This document shows, in pieces, positions 7,775 through 16,912 of a stretch of 36,680 nucleotides of DNA. The translations under genes and the position numbers were made by a program. This DNA is from a virus. Taxonomy: Duplodnaviria > Caudoviricetes. The notes under the pieces are model-generated. The model did not search any database. It saw nothing but the letters and a program-made list of their open reading frames with translations, and was not told where the DNA came from. Position 1 is the first letter of the stretch; the number at the start of each line of letters is the position of its first letter. The stretch lies in the IMG/VR virus record IMGVR_UViG_3300012981_000015. One strand, written 5' to 3'.

Positions 7775-8987
7775 TGAGCTTATCCCCCTGCTGGATGAAG
7801 TTAGGCAGCCGTATATTGTTCAAACGGAACAGCTCAGGCGCACGGGTATGGTCGCCATACAGACGATGCGCGATCAGACGGAAATTACCTGGTGCATTCA
7901 TCACCCGCACGATCAAAGGCGGCCGGATCTCGATAATCGCGCGCGCCGCATCCTGAATCGCCAGCGCCTGATCTTTTAATGGCTCGGTAATCGCACGGCT
8001 CTGCTCCAGCGGATAAATGGCGCGCACATCGACAATCGCGCTCTCAATGCTGGTACGCACAGCATTGGCGATGGCAGTGATCTCAAGCGGGGATAACGTC
8101 GGCGTGGCCGACTCGGTAGACAGCAACATCCCGGCAGCGCTTGCCAGCCCGGTAGCTGAATTGATTTTGACAGTGACAGCTGCCGCAGCCACAGCCTGCT
8201 GCTCAGTCGGCACAGCGCTTGCATTCACCTGCGCCGGCACACTGGCGGGCGGCGCGCTGAATACATCGAACAGCGTCAAATTGCTCTGTACCGACGCCCA
8301 TGCAGCCGACACATTGGTAGTGAAATCCTGCGCATCCAGCACGCCACCAACCAATGCAGAAACATCATTGCCCCATGCGCGAGGGTAAGCCAGCACATCC
8401 ATCCCGCTGAGTAATACACCTTGCACCTGCGACATACCCGCCAACAGCGGACCGGTCATCGCCTGGCGCAAGGTATCCAGCGCAGCCAGCGGGTTAGCTG
8501 CATGCAGCCTGTCGACCACGTTACCAATTTCAGATATGGCAGATGCTGTGGCCGCATCGCCATGCTGCCCAATGGCATCAGCTTTTTGCGATGGCAGGCT
8601 ACGGTCAAAAAATGGATTACTAGGGGTGGACTCGATAAACTCAAGGCTGACTGACACCTGGTCGACATTATCAGCCTCATGGTGGACGCTGGAGCGTATC
8701 GCTTGCGCGGTCTTGATCGAGCCGAATACGGGATGGATAAACTCACCGGGACCAGGCTGGTCAAATGCTGCAAGGAACGCCTGCAGCCTGACCTCATAAT
8801 CATCGCCAAAGAATATTGCCGCAACACTGAAATGACGAGGACCACGCCCAAGGTCTTCGATGTCCGCGCCATCGACGTAAGGGTAGGAATGCTCGGCCGT
8901 AGCGCGATCCGCACTGTCATCCGTACTGATGCAGTCGAAAACAACGCCTCTGAACGAGGCTTCAAGTAGGGTATCTTTCCAGGCCAT
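7758..8987 (-). CDS. DNA circularisation protein (Mu gpN)
   Basis: LLEASFRGVVF, HSYPYVDG..IEDLGR, GEFIHPVFG and AHRLYGDHTRA motifs; start set at ATG 8987. Confidence 0.92.
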   Translation of the reverse strand: MAWKDTLLEASFRGVVFDCISTDDSADRATAEHSYPYVDGADIEDLGRGPRHFSVAAIFFGDDYEVRLQAFLAAFDQPGPGEFIHPVFGSIKTAQAIRSSVHHEADNVDQVSVSLEFIESTPSNPFFDRSLPSQKADAIGQHGDAATASAISEIGNVVDRLHAANPLAALDTLRQAMTGPLLAGMSQVQGVLLSGMDVLAYPRAWGNDVSALVGGVLDAQDFTTNVSAAWASVQSNLTLFDVFSAPPASVPAQVNASAVPTEQQAVAAAAVTVKINSATGLASAAGMLLSTESATPTLSPLEITAIANAVRTSIESAIVDVRAIYPLEQSRAITEPLKDQALAIQDAARAIIEIRPPLIVRVMNAPGNFRLIAHRLYGDHTRAPELFRLNNIRLPNFIQQGDKLNAYAS

Positions 8988-8993
8988 GCGCAC

Positions 8994-9040
8994 AGATTAC
9001 GCGCGCGCGTGAGGCTGGTTAAGGCGGAAGAGCTTCCGCC
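8994..9040 (-). promoter_or_regulatory. Putative activator-dependent late promoter of the N/baseplate operon
   Basis: TTAAGGCGGAA-gagc-TTCCG (9019-9038, + strand) and -10 TAATCT (8999-8994); same geometry as the copies at 17586 and 25744. Confidence 0.75.
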
Positions 9041-9046
9041 TGATGG

Positions 9047-9229
9047 TTACAAGAGGTTATTTACAATCCGCGCACGTTCCTCTAAGCGGATTTGTTTAGT
9101 AATATCATTGAATCCGGCATCCAAATATGCCACTGAAAACCACAACCAAATCCACCGTGATAAAATCCCATATTTCTCCATCTTCGGTTTTGCTCGGAAT
9201 GGACGAGAAATCTCAAACATCAGCATCAT
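9047..9229 (-). CDS. Small AT-rich hypothetical protein (60 aa)
   Basis: ORF fills a low-GC gap between the tape measure gene and gpN; has one hydrophobic stretch. Confidence 0.45.
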   Translation of the reverse strand: MMLMFEISRPFRAKPKMEKYGILSRWIWLWFSVAYLDAGFNDITKQIRLEERARIVNNLL

Positions 9230-9250
9230 ATCTAATCATCCATTTAAACA

Positions 9251-11113
9251 TTAATGACGGCTCGCCTGACGTGCGTTAGCCTGGTTAACTGCAGCCACGA
9301 TATTGCCGTTTTTGACGTCGACCTCAACCTTGAGCGACTGCCTTGCCTCAGCGCTACCCATAAAGGCCAATGCCCTTGCAATAGATCTGCCCAGCGAGTC
9401 GGCAAACGCGGTGCCCTCAATACCTTTGTTGACCAGGCTACCGACACCATATCCAGCTGCACCGGCAACTCCAACCCCACCGGCAATCGTAGCCAGCCCG
9501 GAAGCACCCAGCCCAGCCATAGTAGTGAGCGATGATCCACCGGCAAATGCAGCAGTGACGCCAAGCCGGGTGAGCAGGCTGCCGCCTGCTTTCTGAGCCA
9601 GCGCGCCGCCACCCCTGCCTGTAAGCAACCCGGCTACACCCGACGCAGCAGCAGCTGCAGCCAAAGCCGTCAGTGCCGTAGTAGCCGCCATGACTGCAGC
9701 AGTCAATACTGGGTACTGACGAGCCATACTGGTCATCCAGTCAGCTGTTGATGACACCATCGGCGCCAGCTTCTCAAACGCATTCTGAGTGGCAAATACT
9801 TTTTCATTACCCGCTTGCTGGGCTTTAAAACCGGCCTCTGCCGAGATTACAGCAAAATTCTTTTCGGTAGCACCTGCACCGGCGAGTGTTTTCTTCTGCA
9901 CATCCGCCATATAGCTGCGATTACTCATGATACCTACCAGCGCCATTAATGCCTGCCGGTCCTGTACAATTTTACCGATTGCCGACCCCTGCAGGATATC
10001 GGCCTGGCTTTCAAGTATCGTCTTGCGATCACCGCCCTGAGCAGTTTTCAGCTTGCCCTGCAGCGCCTGATAATTCTTGTCCTTGCCAACAATGCTATCC
10101 GTGATGGCGACAAAAGCATCAATGCCGTCCATCCCCTTGCCCCGTGCTGCAGCCAGCGTGCCAGACAGATTAATACCTTGCTTTTGAGCATCTTTTGCCG
10201 TGTCACTGCTGTTGATCTTGGTCAGCAGGTTCACCAGGTTGTTACCAGCTTCATCTTTCGAGCCAGCAGTAATCGCCGATGCCTGGTTCGCTGCCAGCAG
10301 CTTGGCCAGACCAGCGGTACCGGATAATCCGGATATCTTGGCCGCCGCCATTTGCTGCGGCAGCCACTTGGCCATGTCCTTCAGCTCGAATCCACCTGCC
10401 TGGCCTGCAGTAATCGCCATATCGATGGCATTACCCATTTCACCCGGCTTGATGCCAAAGGTCTGCATGCCACGGATGCCGATCTGGGCAAGCTGGTTGG
10501 GGTCAGCACCAGAAGCTGTGCCAGAACGCACCAGCGTCGGCAGCATCCCCATCGCATCCTTGGCCGACATGGCACCGGAGGCGATCAACGTATCGAGGGT
10601 CTCGGCCGCGCTGTCGCGGGTACCGCCGCCGTAACGCACTGCTTTGACAATAGCGCTATTCAGTTCATCCTTGCCTGCAATACGACCGCCAGCGTTACGA
10701 TCGGTAAATGCAGTATTGGCCATGCCCGCCAGCCGCATGCCATAATCCATCGTCTGATTCAGCGGGCGCGATATAACGTAACCTGCTGCAGCGACACCCG
10801 CAGCAGCCCTGGACATTCCCTCAATCATCCGCTGCGCACGTGCCGCCTGCTCTGATACCGTCCGCAGGCCGTTGATAAGCGCCACAGGACCGCGCTCATT
10901 GGCTAAGCGGCGCACACCGGCGAGCAGGTTGTCATTCTTTTGAATAGCCGTTGAAGTTTGGCGCTCGTAGCCCTGCATTTTGCGGGTGAGCAGATCTACC
11001 GAGCTTTGAGTTCGGCCGATCTCAGACTGCATGTTGCGCTGTGAACCGGTGAACGCGCCAGAGGCGAGATCACGCAAGCGCATTATCAGTTCTAGTTCAA
11101 GTTTTCCGCTCAT
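9251..11113 (-). CDS. Tail tape measure protein
   Basis: 620 aa, Ala/Gly-rich helical; AGQAGGFELKDMAKWLPQQ motif; follows the tube and chaperone genes. Confidence 0.92.
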   Translation of the reverse strand: MSGKLELELIMRLRDLASGAFTGSQRNMQSEIGRTQSSVDLLTRKMQGYERQTSTAIQKNDNLLAGVRRLANERGPVALINGLRTVSEQAARAQRMIEGMSRAAAGVAAAGYVISRPLNQTMDYGMRLAGMANTAFTDRNAGGRIAGKDELNSAIVKAVRYGGGTRDSAAETLDTLIASGAMSAKDAMGMLPTLVRSGTASGADPNQLAQIGIRGMQTFGIKPGEMGNAIDMAITAGQAGGFELKDMAKWLPQQMAAAKISGLSGTAGLAKLLAANQASAITAGSKDEAGNNLVNLLTKINSSDTAKDAQKQGINLSGTLAAARGKGMDGIDAFVAITDSIVGKDKNYQALQGKLKTAQGGDRKTILESQADILQGSAIGKIVQDRQALMALVGIMSNRSYMADVQKKTLAGAGATEKNFAVISAEAGFKAQQAGNEKVFATQNAFEKLAPMVSSTADWMTSMARQYPVLTAAVMAATTALTALAAAAAASGVAGLLTGRGGGALAQKAGGSLLTRLGVTAAFAGGSSLTTMAGLGASGLATIAGGVGVAGAAGYGVGSLVNKGIEGTAFADSLGRSIARALAFMGSAEARQSLKVEVDVKNGNIVAAVNQANARQASRH

Positions 11114-11325
11114 GATGGTTTCTTTTTGCGCTGGCTGATGACGCGTTTGGTAGTGGTATCACCATGTGCTTTTGCCCCAGAAAGCTGAAGCACGACACTG
11201 AGGTGGGATTCAACCTCGGCCTCGCTCATATCGAGCACTTTGTCCGGGTCGAACCCGGCGCGGGCGAGCAGCCCCTGCGCCTGGCGAATTGGCTTTAGCT
11301 GCTGCTCAGCGCATCGAGCTTTTTT
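11110..11325 (-). CDS. -1 frameshift extension of the tail assembly chaperone (lambda gpGT-like)
   Basis: Slippery A AAA AAG at 11325-11319; the -1 frame is open for 69 more codons (ARCAEQQLKPIRQAQGLLARAGFDPDKVLDMSE...) to a TGA overlapping the tape measure ATG. Confidence 0.8.
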   Translation of the reverse strand, partial: KKARCAEQQLKPIRQAQGLLARAGFDPDKVLDMSEAEVESHLSVVLQLSGAKAHGDTTTKRVISQRKKKPS

Positions 11326-11606
11326 TCGACTTCATCCGCCGCATTATCGATAACGATGAAATCACGATCCACCATATCCAGGAGCAAATCCAGCGTGATC
11401 ATCTCGGCATCAACCCCATCGATACTTAGCCGTTGCGCAATCCCGGAGTAACGCTTCTTGTTTTCTGGCAGATCGAGATAGCCGTCAATCTCGGATAATG
11501 CGATGGCATCGCGCAGCGTGCCGGAACGAATCTCGAACTCCCGATAGCGCTGCCCATCAACCTCAACACCGATCGGCAGCGTACCCTTTACGATAATGGC
11601 GCTCAT
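11295..11606 (-). CDS. Tail assembly chaperone (Mu gp41-like)
   Basis: 103 aa acidic protein between tube and tape measure; slippery site near its 3' end. Confidence 0.85.
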   Translation of the reverse strand: MSAIIVKGTLPIGVEVDGQRYREFEIRSGTLRDAIALSEIDGYLDLPENKKRYSGIAQRLSIDGVDAEMITLDLLLDMVDRDFIVIDNAADEVEKKLDALSSS

Positions 11607-11977
11607 TCTTCCACCTTGCGCAATGCGCCCATAGCAATATCGCGCATGGCTTCATTGTCTACCGTGTATTTTTCACCAACACTAATTGCGAAACAATCAA
11701 GGTAGCTAACACGCTGGCCACCGGTAGATAGCGGGTATTGAGTAATCTTTGCCCCTTCGATCGCAGCCCAGTCAATATCGCCAGTCAGCGGAATCACAGC
11801 TGAAATACTCAGGTCGTATTCCTTAATACCTCTGGAAAAGCCTTTTGCTCGACCTGTTTTATTCATTGTCTTGACCAGTTTTCGGCCGGTTTTTTCAGTC
11901 GCATTCAGGCTCGCGATCTCGACCTCTTTACCATCGATCTCCATCACAATCGAGCCGGCGTATTCTTCTAATGCCAT
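11603..11977 (-). CDS. Tail tube protein
   Basis: 124 aa beta-rich protein directly after the sheath; GGAGA ribosome-binding site. Confidence 0.8.
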   Translation of the reverse strand: MALEEYAGSIVMEIDGKEVEIASLNATEKTGRKLVKTMNKTGRAKGFSRGIKEYDLSISAVIPLTGDIDWAAIEGAKITQYPLSTGGQRVSYLDCFAISVGEKYTVDNEAMRDIAMGALRKVEE

Positions 11978-12044
11978 AATCTTTCTCCAGTTAGGATAGT
12001 AAGCTTGGCGTTAAACCAATGCTATCGCCATCAAAATTTAACGC

Positions 12045-13466
12045 CTAAAGCAACAAGTCAATCCGACCAGCAAACACATGCAGCCCGTTCACCACATCAG
12101 CTGGGATCTTCGCATCCAGTCGATTCGGATCTTGCAGATCGCGCTCAACCAGCAAGCCTGCTGCATTGGCCGCTACGTTCTCCACGATTTCCAGCTCCTC
12201 CAACTTGGTCAGCACATCGAGCAGCTCCGACCGCACTTTTGGCGCAGTCCGCTCCGATAGCTTCTCGCGTGGGAAACGCAGCGCGATGCGTTCACGGGCG
12301 GCCTTGCGCACGTAATCCAGCGTGCGGATAGTGGTCAGATCCAGCAGGCTGATGTCCGGGATACCGCTGGCATTTACCGTGTACATGGTGATCGCGCGCA
12401 CGATCTGCACGACACCGCCAGGCCCAACTTCAGCCGGGGTGATACCGTTGTACAGCGCGTTTTCCTGCTCGGTGCGCGACAGCCAGTTCGCCATTGGCGG
12501 CGGAGTGAGGCCGGTCAATGGCACCGTATTCAGCGGCCGCGCTGGGTCCTCCTCGCTGGCGCACACCGCGCCATACGACGCCGCCACTTCACAGACTAGG
12601 TCAGACGCATTAGGCACCAGAATTCCCGATATGCGGCCGCTATTATTAGCCAGTGCCGCCGTCGTTGCAGTCGACAAAGTGGACACAAATCCGCAGACAC
12701 CAATTGCGCCGCGCTGCTCCATCGGGCCGGCCACGCTGTCCAGGTGCGTGCGCAGCGAGGTCAGATTTGTCGCATCGTTATACGGCGACACCAGGATATT
12801 GTGCCCGGCGGAGAATACAGTCGGCAGCACCGTAGTCAGTTGCGGGTCGGTCGCACCGCCAGCAAATGCTGTGGCCACCACGGTGGTGGTACCGACAGTG
12901 CTGGTCACCGAGATCTTGATCGAGTTACCCAGCGCGCCCTTGTTCTTGGCAGTCAATGTCACCACACCCGCCAGCACCGTCGCCGTGACCGGCAGATCCG
13001 GCTGCTTGCCGATCTGCGTAGCCAGTGCCGATGCGATCGTCGCCGGCAGGTCGCCGCTATTAACTGCAATCTGCACTTGCTGCGCACCGATTCCCAGCGT
13101 TACCACGCCAGCGGTTGAAGCAGTGCCGGTCACCGTCACCGTGCTGGCGGCAGCCAGGCTGGCCGCATCGTCATCCAGCGCGATCACCGACAATGCCAGA
13201 TACGGATTGGCGCGCAATGCCGCCCGTACCATCAGATGCAGCATCGATCCATAGCCGAAGTACGTCGCCGCATCGGTATCCGAGAAAACATCCGTCAGCA
13301 CATTGGCCAGCACCGTACCGGCAGCAGTGCGCTGGCCCATGATCAGCGTCTTTTGCAGGTTACCCGGCAAGGTACGTACCGCCAGGGCGGTATTGAATTC
13401 GAAATATTTTCCCGGCTTACGGATGCTCGACGGGATACTGCTGAAGGCAATATTCTTGCTAGCCAT
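12045..13466 (-). CDS. Contractile tail sheath protein (Mu gpL)
   Basis: IPSSIRKPGKYFEFN, FGYGSMLH, EEDPARPLNT, VQIVRAIT and VVNGLHVFAG motifs. Confidence 0.95.
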   Translation of the reverse strand: MASKNIAFSSIPSSIRKPGKYFEFNTALAVRTLPGNLQKTLIMGQRTAAGTVLANVLTDVFSDTDAATYFGYGSMLHLMVRAALRANPYLALSVIALDDDAASLAAASTVTVTGTASTAGVVTLGIGAQQVQIAVNSGDLPATIASALATQIGKQPDLPVTATVLAGVVTLTAKNKGALGNSIKISVTSTVGTTTVVATAFAGGATDPQLTTVLPTVFSAGHNILVSPYNDATNLTSLRTHLDSVAGPMEQRGAIGVCGFVSTLSTATTAALANNSGRISGILVPNASDLVCEVAASYGAVCASEEDPARPLNTVPLTGLTPPPMANWLSRTEQENALYNGITPAEVGPGGVVQIVRAITMYTVNASGIPDISLLDLTTIRTLDYVRKAARERIALRFPREKLSERTAPKVRSELLDVLTKLEELEIVENVAANAAGLLVERDLQDPNRLDAKIPADVVNGLHVFAGRIDLLL

Positions 13467-13660
13467 TATTCAGATCCTTTGCTTGTACTTGCTTTGGGTG
13501 CGACGGGCGCATCCGCCAGAACAACGTCACCATCAGCAAGGCGACGCAAGTAATACGCACTATCAGGGACTTCAATCGCCACATCCTCCGTAATATAATC
13601 ATTGGGCTTGCCCTCCATCGGCACCTTCAGCCCTGCATTTGCTTTAACCCACATCGTCAT
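13466..13660 (-). CDS. Small tail protein, Mu gp38/DUF2635-like
   Basis: GLKVPME and VPDSAYYLRRLADGDV motifs; immediately upstream of the sheath. Confidence 0.85.
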   Translation of the reverse strand: MTMWVKANAGLKVPMEGKPNDYITEDVAIEVPDSAYYLRRLADGDVVLADAPVAPKASTSKGSE

Positions 13661-13669
13661 TTCTCCTAT

Positions 13670-14263
13670 CTATACCAAGGTAATCACATCGGACGCATCA
13701 GGGATGCCATCGTCCGGCTGCAGGTAATAATTTATGCCCAAGCGCAACCAATCTGGTGCGGCTGGGTCGGTCGGCTCCGGATCGATCATGAATGCCGTAT
13801 GCCACTCCTGGGAGAAAACCGACATCGCCAGCCCGTTCATGCGCACGTTGTAGAGCGTCTTCACCGCGCCTGGCGTAAACCGCTCGATCGCCAGACCAAA
13901 ATCCTGATTCAGCAGCATCCGCCGCGCATCTTCCAGCATCCGGTACGCACCCACCTCCAGCACCGCACCAGCAGCATCAGCCAGCCCACGACGGCTAAAA
14001 CCCTCGCCGCGCACGCTGCGCGCACCCACCAGCACAGCAAAGGTCGCAGGCATCTTCCAGCGGGCTTTCTGGGTGCCATAAGGCACTGGCTTGCCACCAC
14101 CCGCATACACCACCCACAAACCCGGCAAGCGGCGTATCACCTGGTTAATATCTTCGTCAAACTCCCCGCCGTAAGTCGCCAGCGAGGCAAACTTGTAGCC
14201 CAACCTGCCATCGTTGGCAGTCCCGATACGAGCGAGGATGGCGTCTTCGATCTCGGTTATCAT
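13670..14263 (-). CDS. Tail terminator, Mu gp37/DUF1834-like
   Basis: MITEIEDAILARI, TYGGEFD and LPGLWVVYAG motifs; synteny. Confidence 0.82.
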   Translation of the reverse strand: MITEIEDAILARIGTANDGRLGYKFASLATYGGEFDEDINQVIRRLPGLWVVYAGGGKPVPYGTQKARWKMPATFAVLVGARSVRGEGFSRRGLADAAGAVLEVGAYRMLEDARRMLLNQDFGLAIERFTPGAVKTLYNVRMNGLAMSVFSQEWHTAFMIDPEPTDPAAPDWLRLGINYYLQPDDGIPDASDVITLV

Positions 14264-14688
14264 CAGTAATCCGCCAGCGTGTCGCGGCTGAATGTACGAG
14301 TGCCGTTATTAATCTGCACGGCGCCGCGCGTCGGTACCTCTTGCTGGGCAGGGTCCAGCCCCAGCGTCAGATCGCCGCGCTTCACCGCCTCCAGCATCTT
14401 GATCGAGTCTTTGTAACGGTTGCGCGACGGCTCGGTTTCCTGCGCGTCACCGCCAGAGAGGCGGTAGCGGGTAATGTCACAGCAGATCCGGGTCAGCAGG
14501 CGCGGCACGTTCGGCAGCGGCAGCGCATAGCGCCCATCCAGATAAGCATCGATCTCATCCGATGCCAGGCTCAAGGCATCAGCCAGCACAGTCGCATCGA
14601 TCGTGCCAAGCAGGCTGCGGTCGGTGAGCATGACCACCTCACGCTCACCGAATACAGACACCATGTCGGCTTGTGTAGCGTAATCCAT
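14263..14688 (-). CDS. Head-tail adaptor, Mu gp36/DUF1320-like
   Basis: YAT..D, ASDEIDAYLDGRYALPL and CCDITRYRL motifs. Confidence 0.9.
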   Translation of the reverse strand: MDYATQADMVSVFGEREVVMLTDRSLLGTIDATVLADALSLASDEIDAYLDGRYALPLPNVPRLLTRICCDITRYRLSGGDAQETEPSRNRYKDSIKMLEAVKRGDLTLGLDPAQQEVPTRGAVQINNGTRTFSRDTLADY

Positions 14689-14891
14689 CAGCCCACAGTC
14701 TCACTTTGCGAATCTGACGTGCCGCCTTGATCTGCGTCCTTCACCCGCTCAACCGCCCCCACATCCAGCAGCTGCTGCAAGTGAATCTCATCGACCTGCA
14801 GCAGATCACCGGCTGCGAACGACTCATCGTTATACGTTACCGGCGTCTTTACCAACACCGGCACCATCACACCTTTATTTGGTTTTGCCAC
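14688..14891 (-). CDS. Small head-associated hypothetical protein (67 aa)
   Basis: AAGGAG before a GTG start; lies between capsid and gp36-like genes. Confidence 0.7.
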   Translation of the reverse strand: MAKPNKGVMVPVLVKTPVTYNDESFAAGDLLQVDEIHLQQLLDVGAVERVKDADQGGTSDSQSETVG

Positions 14892-14906
14892 GATTCTCTC
14901 CTTGAC

Positions 14907-14934
14907 GACTGCCTGCTGGAATCGGCAGGCAGTC
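14907..14934 (-). terminator. Strong hairpin after the major capsid gene (attenuator or mRNA stabiliser)
   Basis: GACTGCCTGCTG-gaat-CGGCAGGCAGTC; no clear U tract. Confidence 0.5.
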
Positions 14935-14946
14935 TGAGGTTAATGA

Positions 14947-16023
14947 TTAAGCTACGGCGTTCTGGAAGAAGTATCCAGCATCAGGTGCACTGATCACTTC
15001 CTTCACGCTTTCGCCTACACGGATACGCACACTACCGCGCAGCCCAATTTTAGAATCCGGAACCGCACCAGCAATCCGCGTGCCCCACTGTGCGGTGAAG
15101 CCGAAGCAAGGCTGCGCCGCCTGAGCCGCCATCAGCGAGCTGTAAATCAGTGAGCAGTGCTTGCCCCATACGCGCTGATAGTTAGGGGCCTGGCCTTTAC
15201 GCGCGGTGTTGATGAATCCTGCGCCGACGATCACTTCATCGACCTCCAGCAACTCAGCCAAGGCCTCCTTGGGCACAGAACCAGAGTTTTGCGGCGTCTT
15301 AAAGACTGCGTTAACGATCTTCGGATGCTGACGCAGTATCGTCCATACCTGCTGTCCAAGAATCACTTTGTTAGGGCGGATCAGCGTGCTATCCAGTGCG
15401 CCGAGCAATGCTGAAAGCGGGTTAGAGTTGGCGTAATCGCTCCACTGGCTGGTGCCAGCCAGCGTCTGCTGATTGGCCGCAGCATAGTTGGCCGCGTTAA
15501 ACACTGTACCTGCGACGCGCACTTCACGATCCAGCTCGATCAGGCCGGTCAGCATCATGGCTGACAAAGACTGCGGATCAATCGGGCCGCCGGTAGCAGG
15601 TTTAGGCATGCTCTCAAATGCCTGAATATCATCATTCGGCAATACGTCATCGAGACCATAATCCATCACCTCACCAGTCATTTCGGTACCACCGAAATCA
15701 ACCACGTTAGGCTCCGATTTACGCCCAACATTAGTATTCGGAACGGTGTAACCTTGCTCCGCGCTGTAAACCGTAAAATTGAATTTTTTCGCAGTCGGAA
15801 ACCGCGGCAGCGCCTTATCGGCAATCAGGGCGATGTCCGGATTTTTATAACCAATTGCGATAGCCGTCAGCTGCGGATTGACCGGGAATGCCGTGGTATT
15901 CAAACCCACAAATACACTTGCGATCGCAGCATGATCAGGCGCCATAACACCGAAGGCCATAGCCACGAGAATGCCCAAAACCATCATCAGGCTGAAACGG
16001 TTTTCCATAAAATAGTTTTTCAT
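14947..16023 (-). CDS. Major capsid protein
   Basis: FPVNPQLTAIAIGYKN, LDREVRVAG, SQWSDYANSNP and AGYFFQNAVA motifs; follows the protease and decoration genes; AAGGA before ATG 16023. Confidence 0.88.
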   Translation of the reverse strand: MKNYFMENRFSLMMVLGILVAMAFGVMAPDHAAIASVFVGLNTTAFPVNPQLTAIAIGYKNPDIALIADKALPRFPTAKKFNFTVYSAEQGYTVPNTNVGRKSEPNVVDFGGTEMTGEVMDYGLDDVLPNDDIQAFESMPKPATGGPIDPQSLSAMMLTGLIELDREVRVAGTVFNAANYAAANQQTLAGTSQWSDYANSNPLSALLGALDSTLIRPNKVILGQQVWTILRQHPKIVNAVFKTPQNSGSVPKEALAELLEVDEVIVGAGFINTARKGQAPNYQRVWGKHCSLIYSSLMAAQAAQPCFGFTAQWGTRIAGAVPDSKIGLRGSVRIRVGESVKEVISAPDAGYFFQNAVA

Positions 16024-16063
16024 TGCGTATCCTTGATAAATAAATGGGTAGCCCAGAAGGCGG

Positions 16064-16438
16064 TTAGCCCTGCACAGATCCGGGGTTTAGCAACACGCGA
16101 ACCATATCGCCTGCAGCACTGGGCGATTCCAGGAATCGGCCTACCGTGTTGTTATTCACCCCCGCTGCAGGGGCCGCAGTCACTGCGCGACCAGATGCAT
16201 CCGATGTAGCCAGCGTGCCGCGCGTAGCCGCAGCGCCGGCAACGACATACGCAGTACCGATCATCTGCACGTCAACACGCTCACCCAGTGCCGCCGCAAT
16301 GTCAGTCGTAACACCGATAATCAAATCAGTCGGGCCAGTTGCCGGTACTACGGTATTGTCGTCCGCGCCGAATTTGACCTGAGTAGCAGCAAGGATCGCC
16401 GCCCCGGCCACGAAATTTTTAGTTAAAACATTCGACAT
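16064..16438 (-). CDS. Capsid cement/decoration protein (DUF2190-like)
   Basis: 124 aa Ala/Gly-rich, SDASGRAV motif, between scaffold and capsid genes. Confidence 0.78.
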   Translation of the reverse strand: MSNVLTKNFVAGAAILAATQVKFGADDNTVVPATGPTDLIIGVTTDIAAALGERVDVQMIGTAYVVAGAAATRGTLATSDASGRAVTAAPAAGVNNNTVGRFLESPSAAGDMVRVLLNPGSVQG

Positions 16439-16450
16439 CGTGCTGCTCCT

Positions 16451-16912
16451 TTATTGGTTAACTTGCGTGACATGTGCCACGGCCTGAGCGATATTGACAG
16501 TGCGCCCAGCCTTGGCTTCTGCTTCCATGAACTCGACTGCCTTGGCACTGATCGCCGTAGCGTCTTCCATATCGACCTGCTTGATCTCGCCGGCAGCGTG
16601 CTCACCAAACGCCACTACTTTTGGCTGCGCTTGTAAAAATTCCTTGAACGCATCGACCATCGGCTTTTTAGCATCGCCCTCGCCGAACTCGACTGGCGTA
16701 TCCTGTCCAGCGAAGTAATTCAGCGTGGCGATCGCTACATCCTTATTCACAGGCAGCAGCTTGCCCGCCGATACCAGCGCTTCGGCAAAGGCGGTGTTTT
16801 CAGTGTGAATGGCGGCGGTTCTGGCCAGCTTATCGGCGGCCGCAAATTCCGCGTTCTGGGCTTTCAAACGCGCGTTTTCAGCTTCCAGCGCAGCAGCTTG
16901 TTCTGGGGTCAC
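16451..16912 (-). CDS. Putative scaffold protein from an internal in-frame start (Mu gpZ-like, 153 aa)
   Basis: AAGAGGAG-atacac-GTG at 16912, in frame with gpI, just before the coiled-coil region. Confidence 0.65.
   Translation of the reverse strand: MTPEQAAALEAENARLKAQNAEFAAADKLARTAAIHTENTAFAEALVSAGKLLPVNKDVAIATLNYFAGQDTPVEFGEGDAKKPMVDAFKEFLQAQPKVVAFGEHAAGEIKQVDMEDATAISAKAVEFMEAEAKAGRTVNIAQAVAHVTQVNQ

Noticed and set aside
12322-13254. Long + strand ORFs opposite structural genes (for example 310 aa here, 4456-5184, 6842-7519)
   Set aside because: Antisense shadows of GC-rich minus-strand genes that carry clear family motifs.
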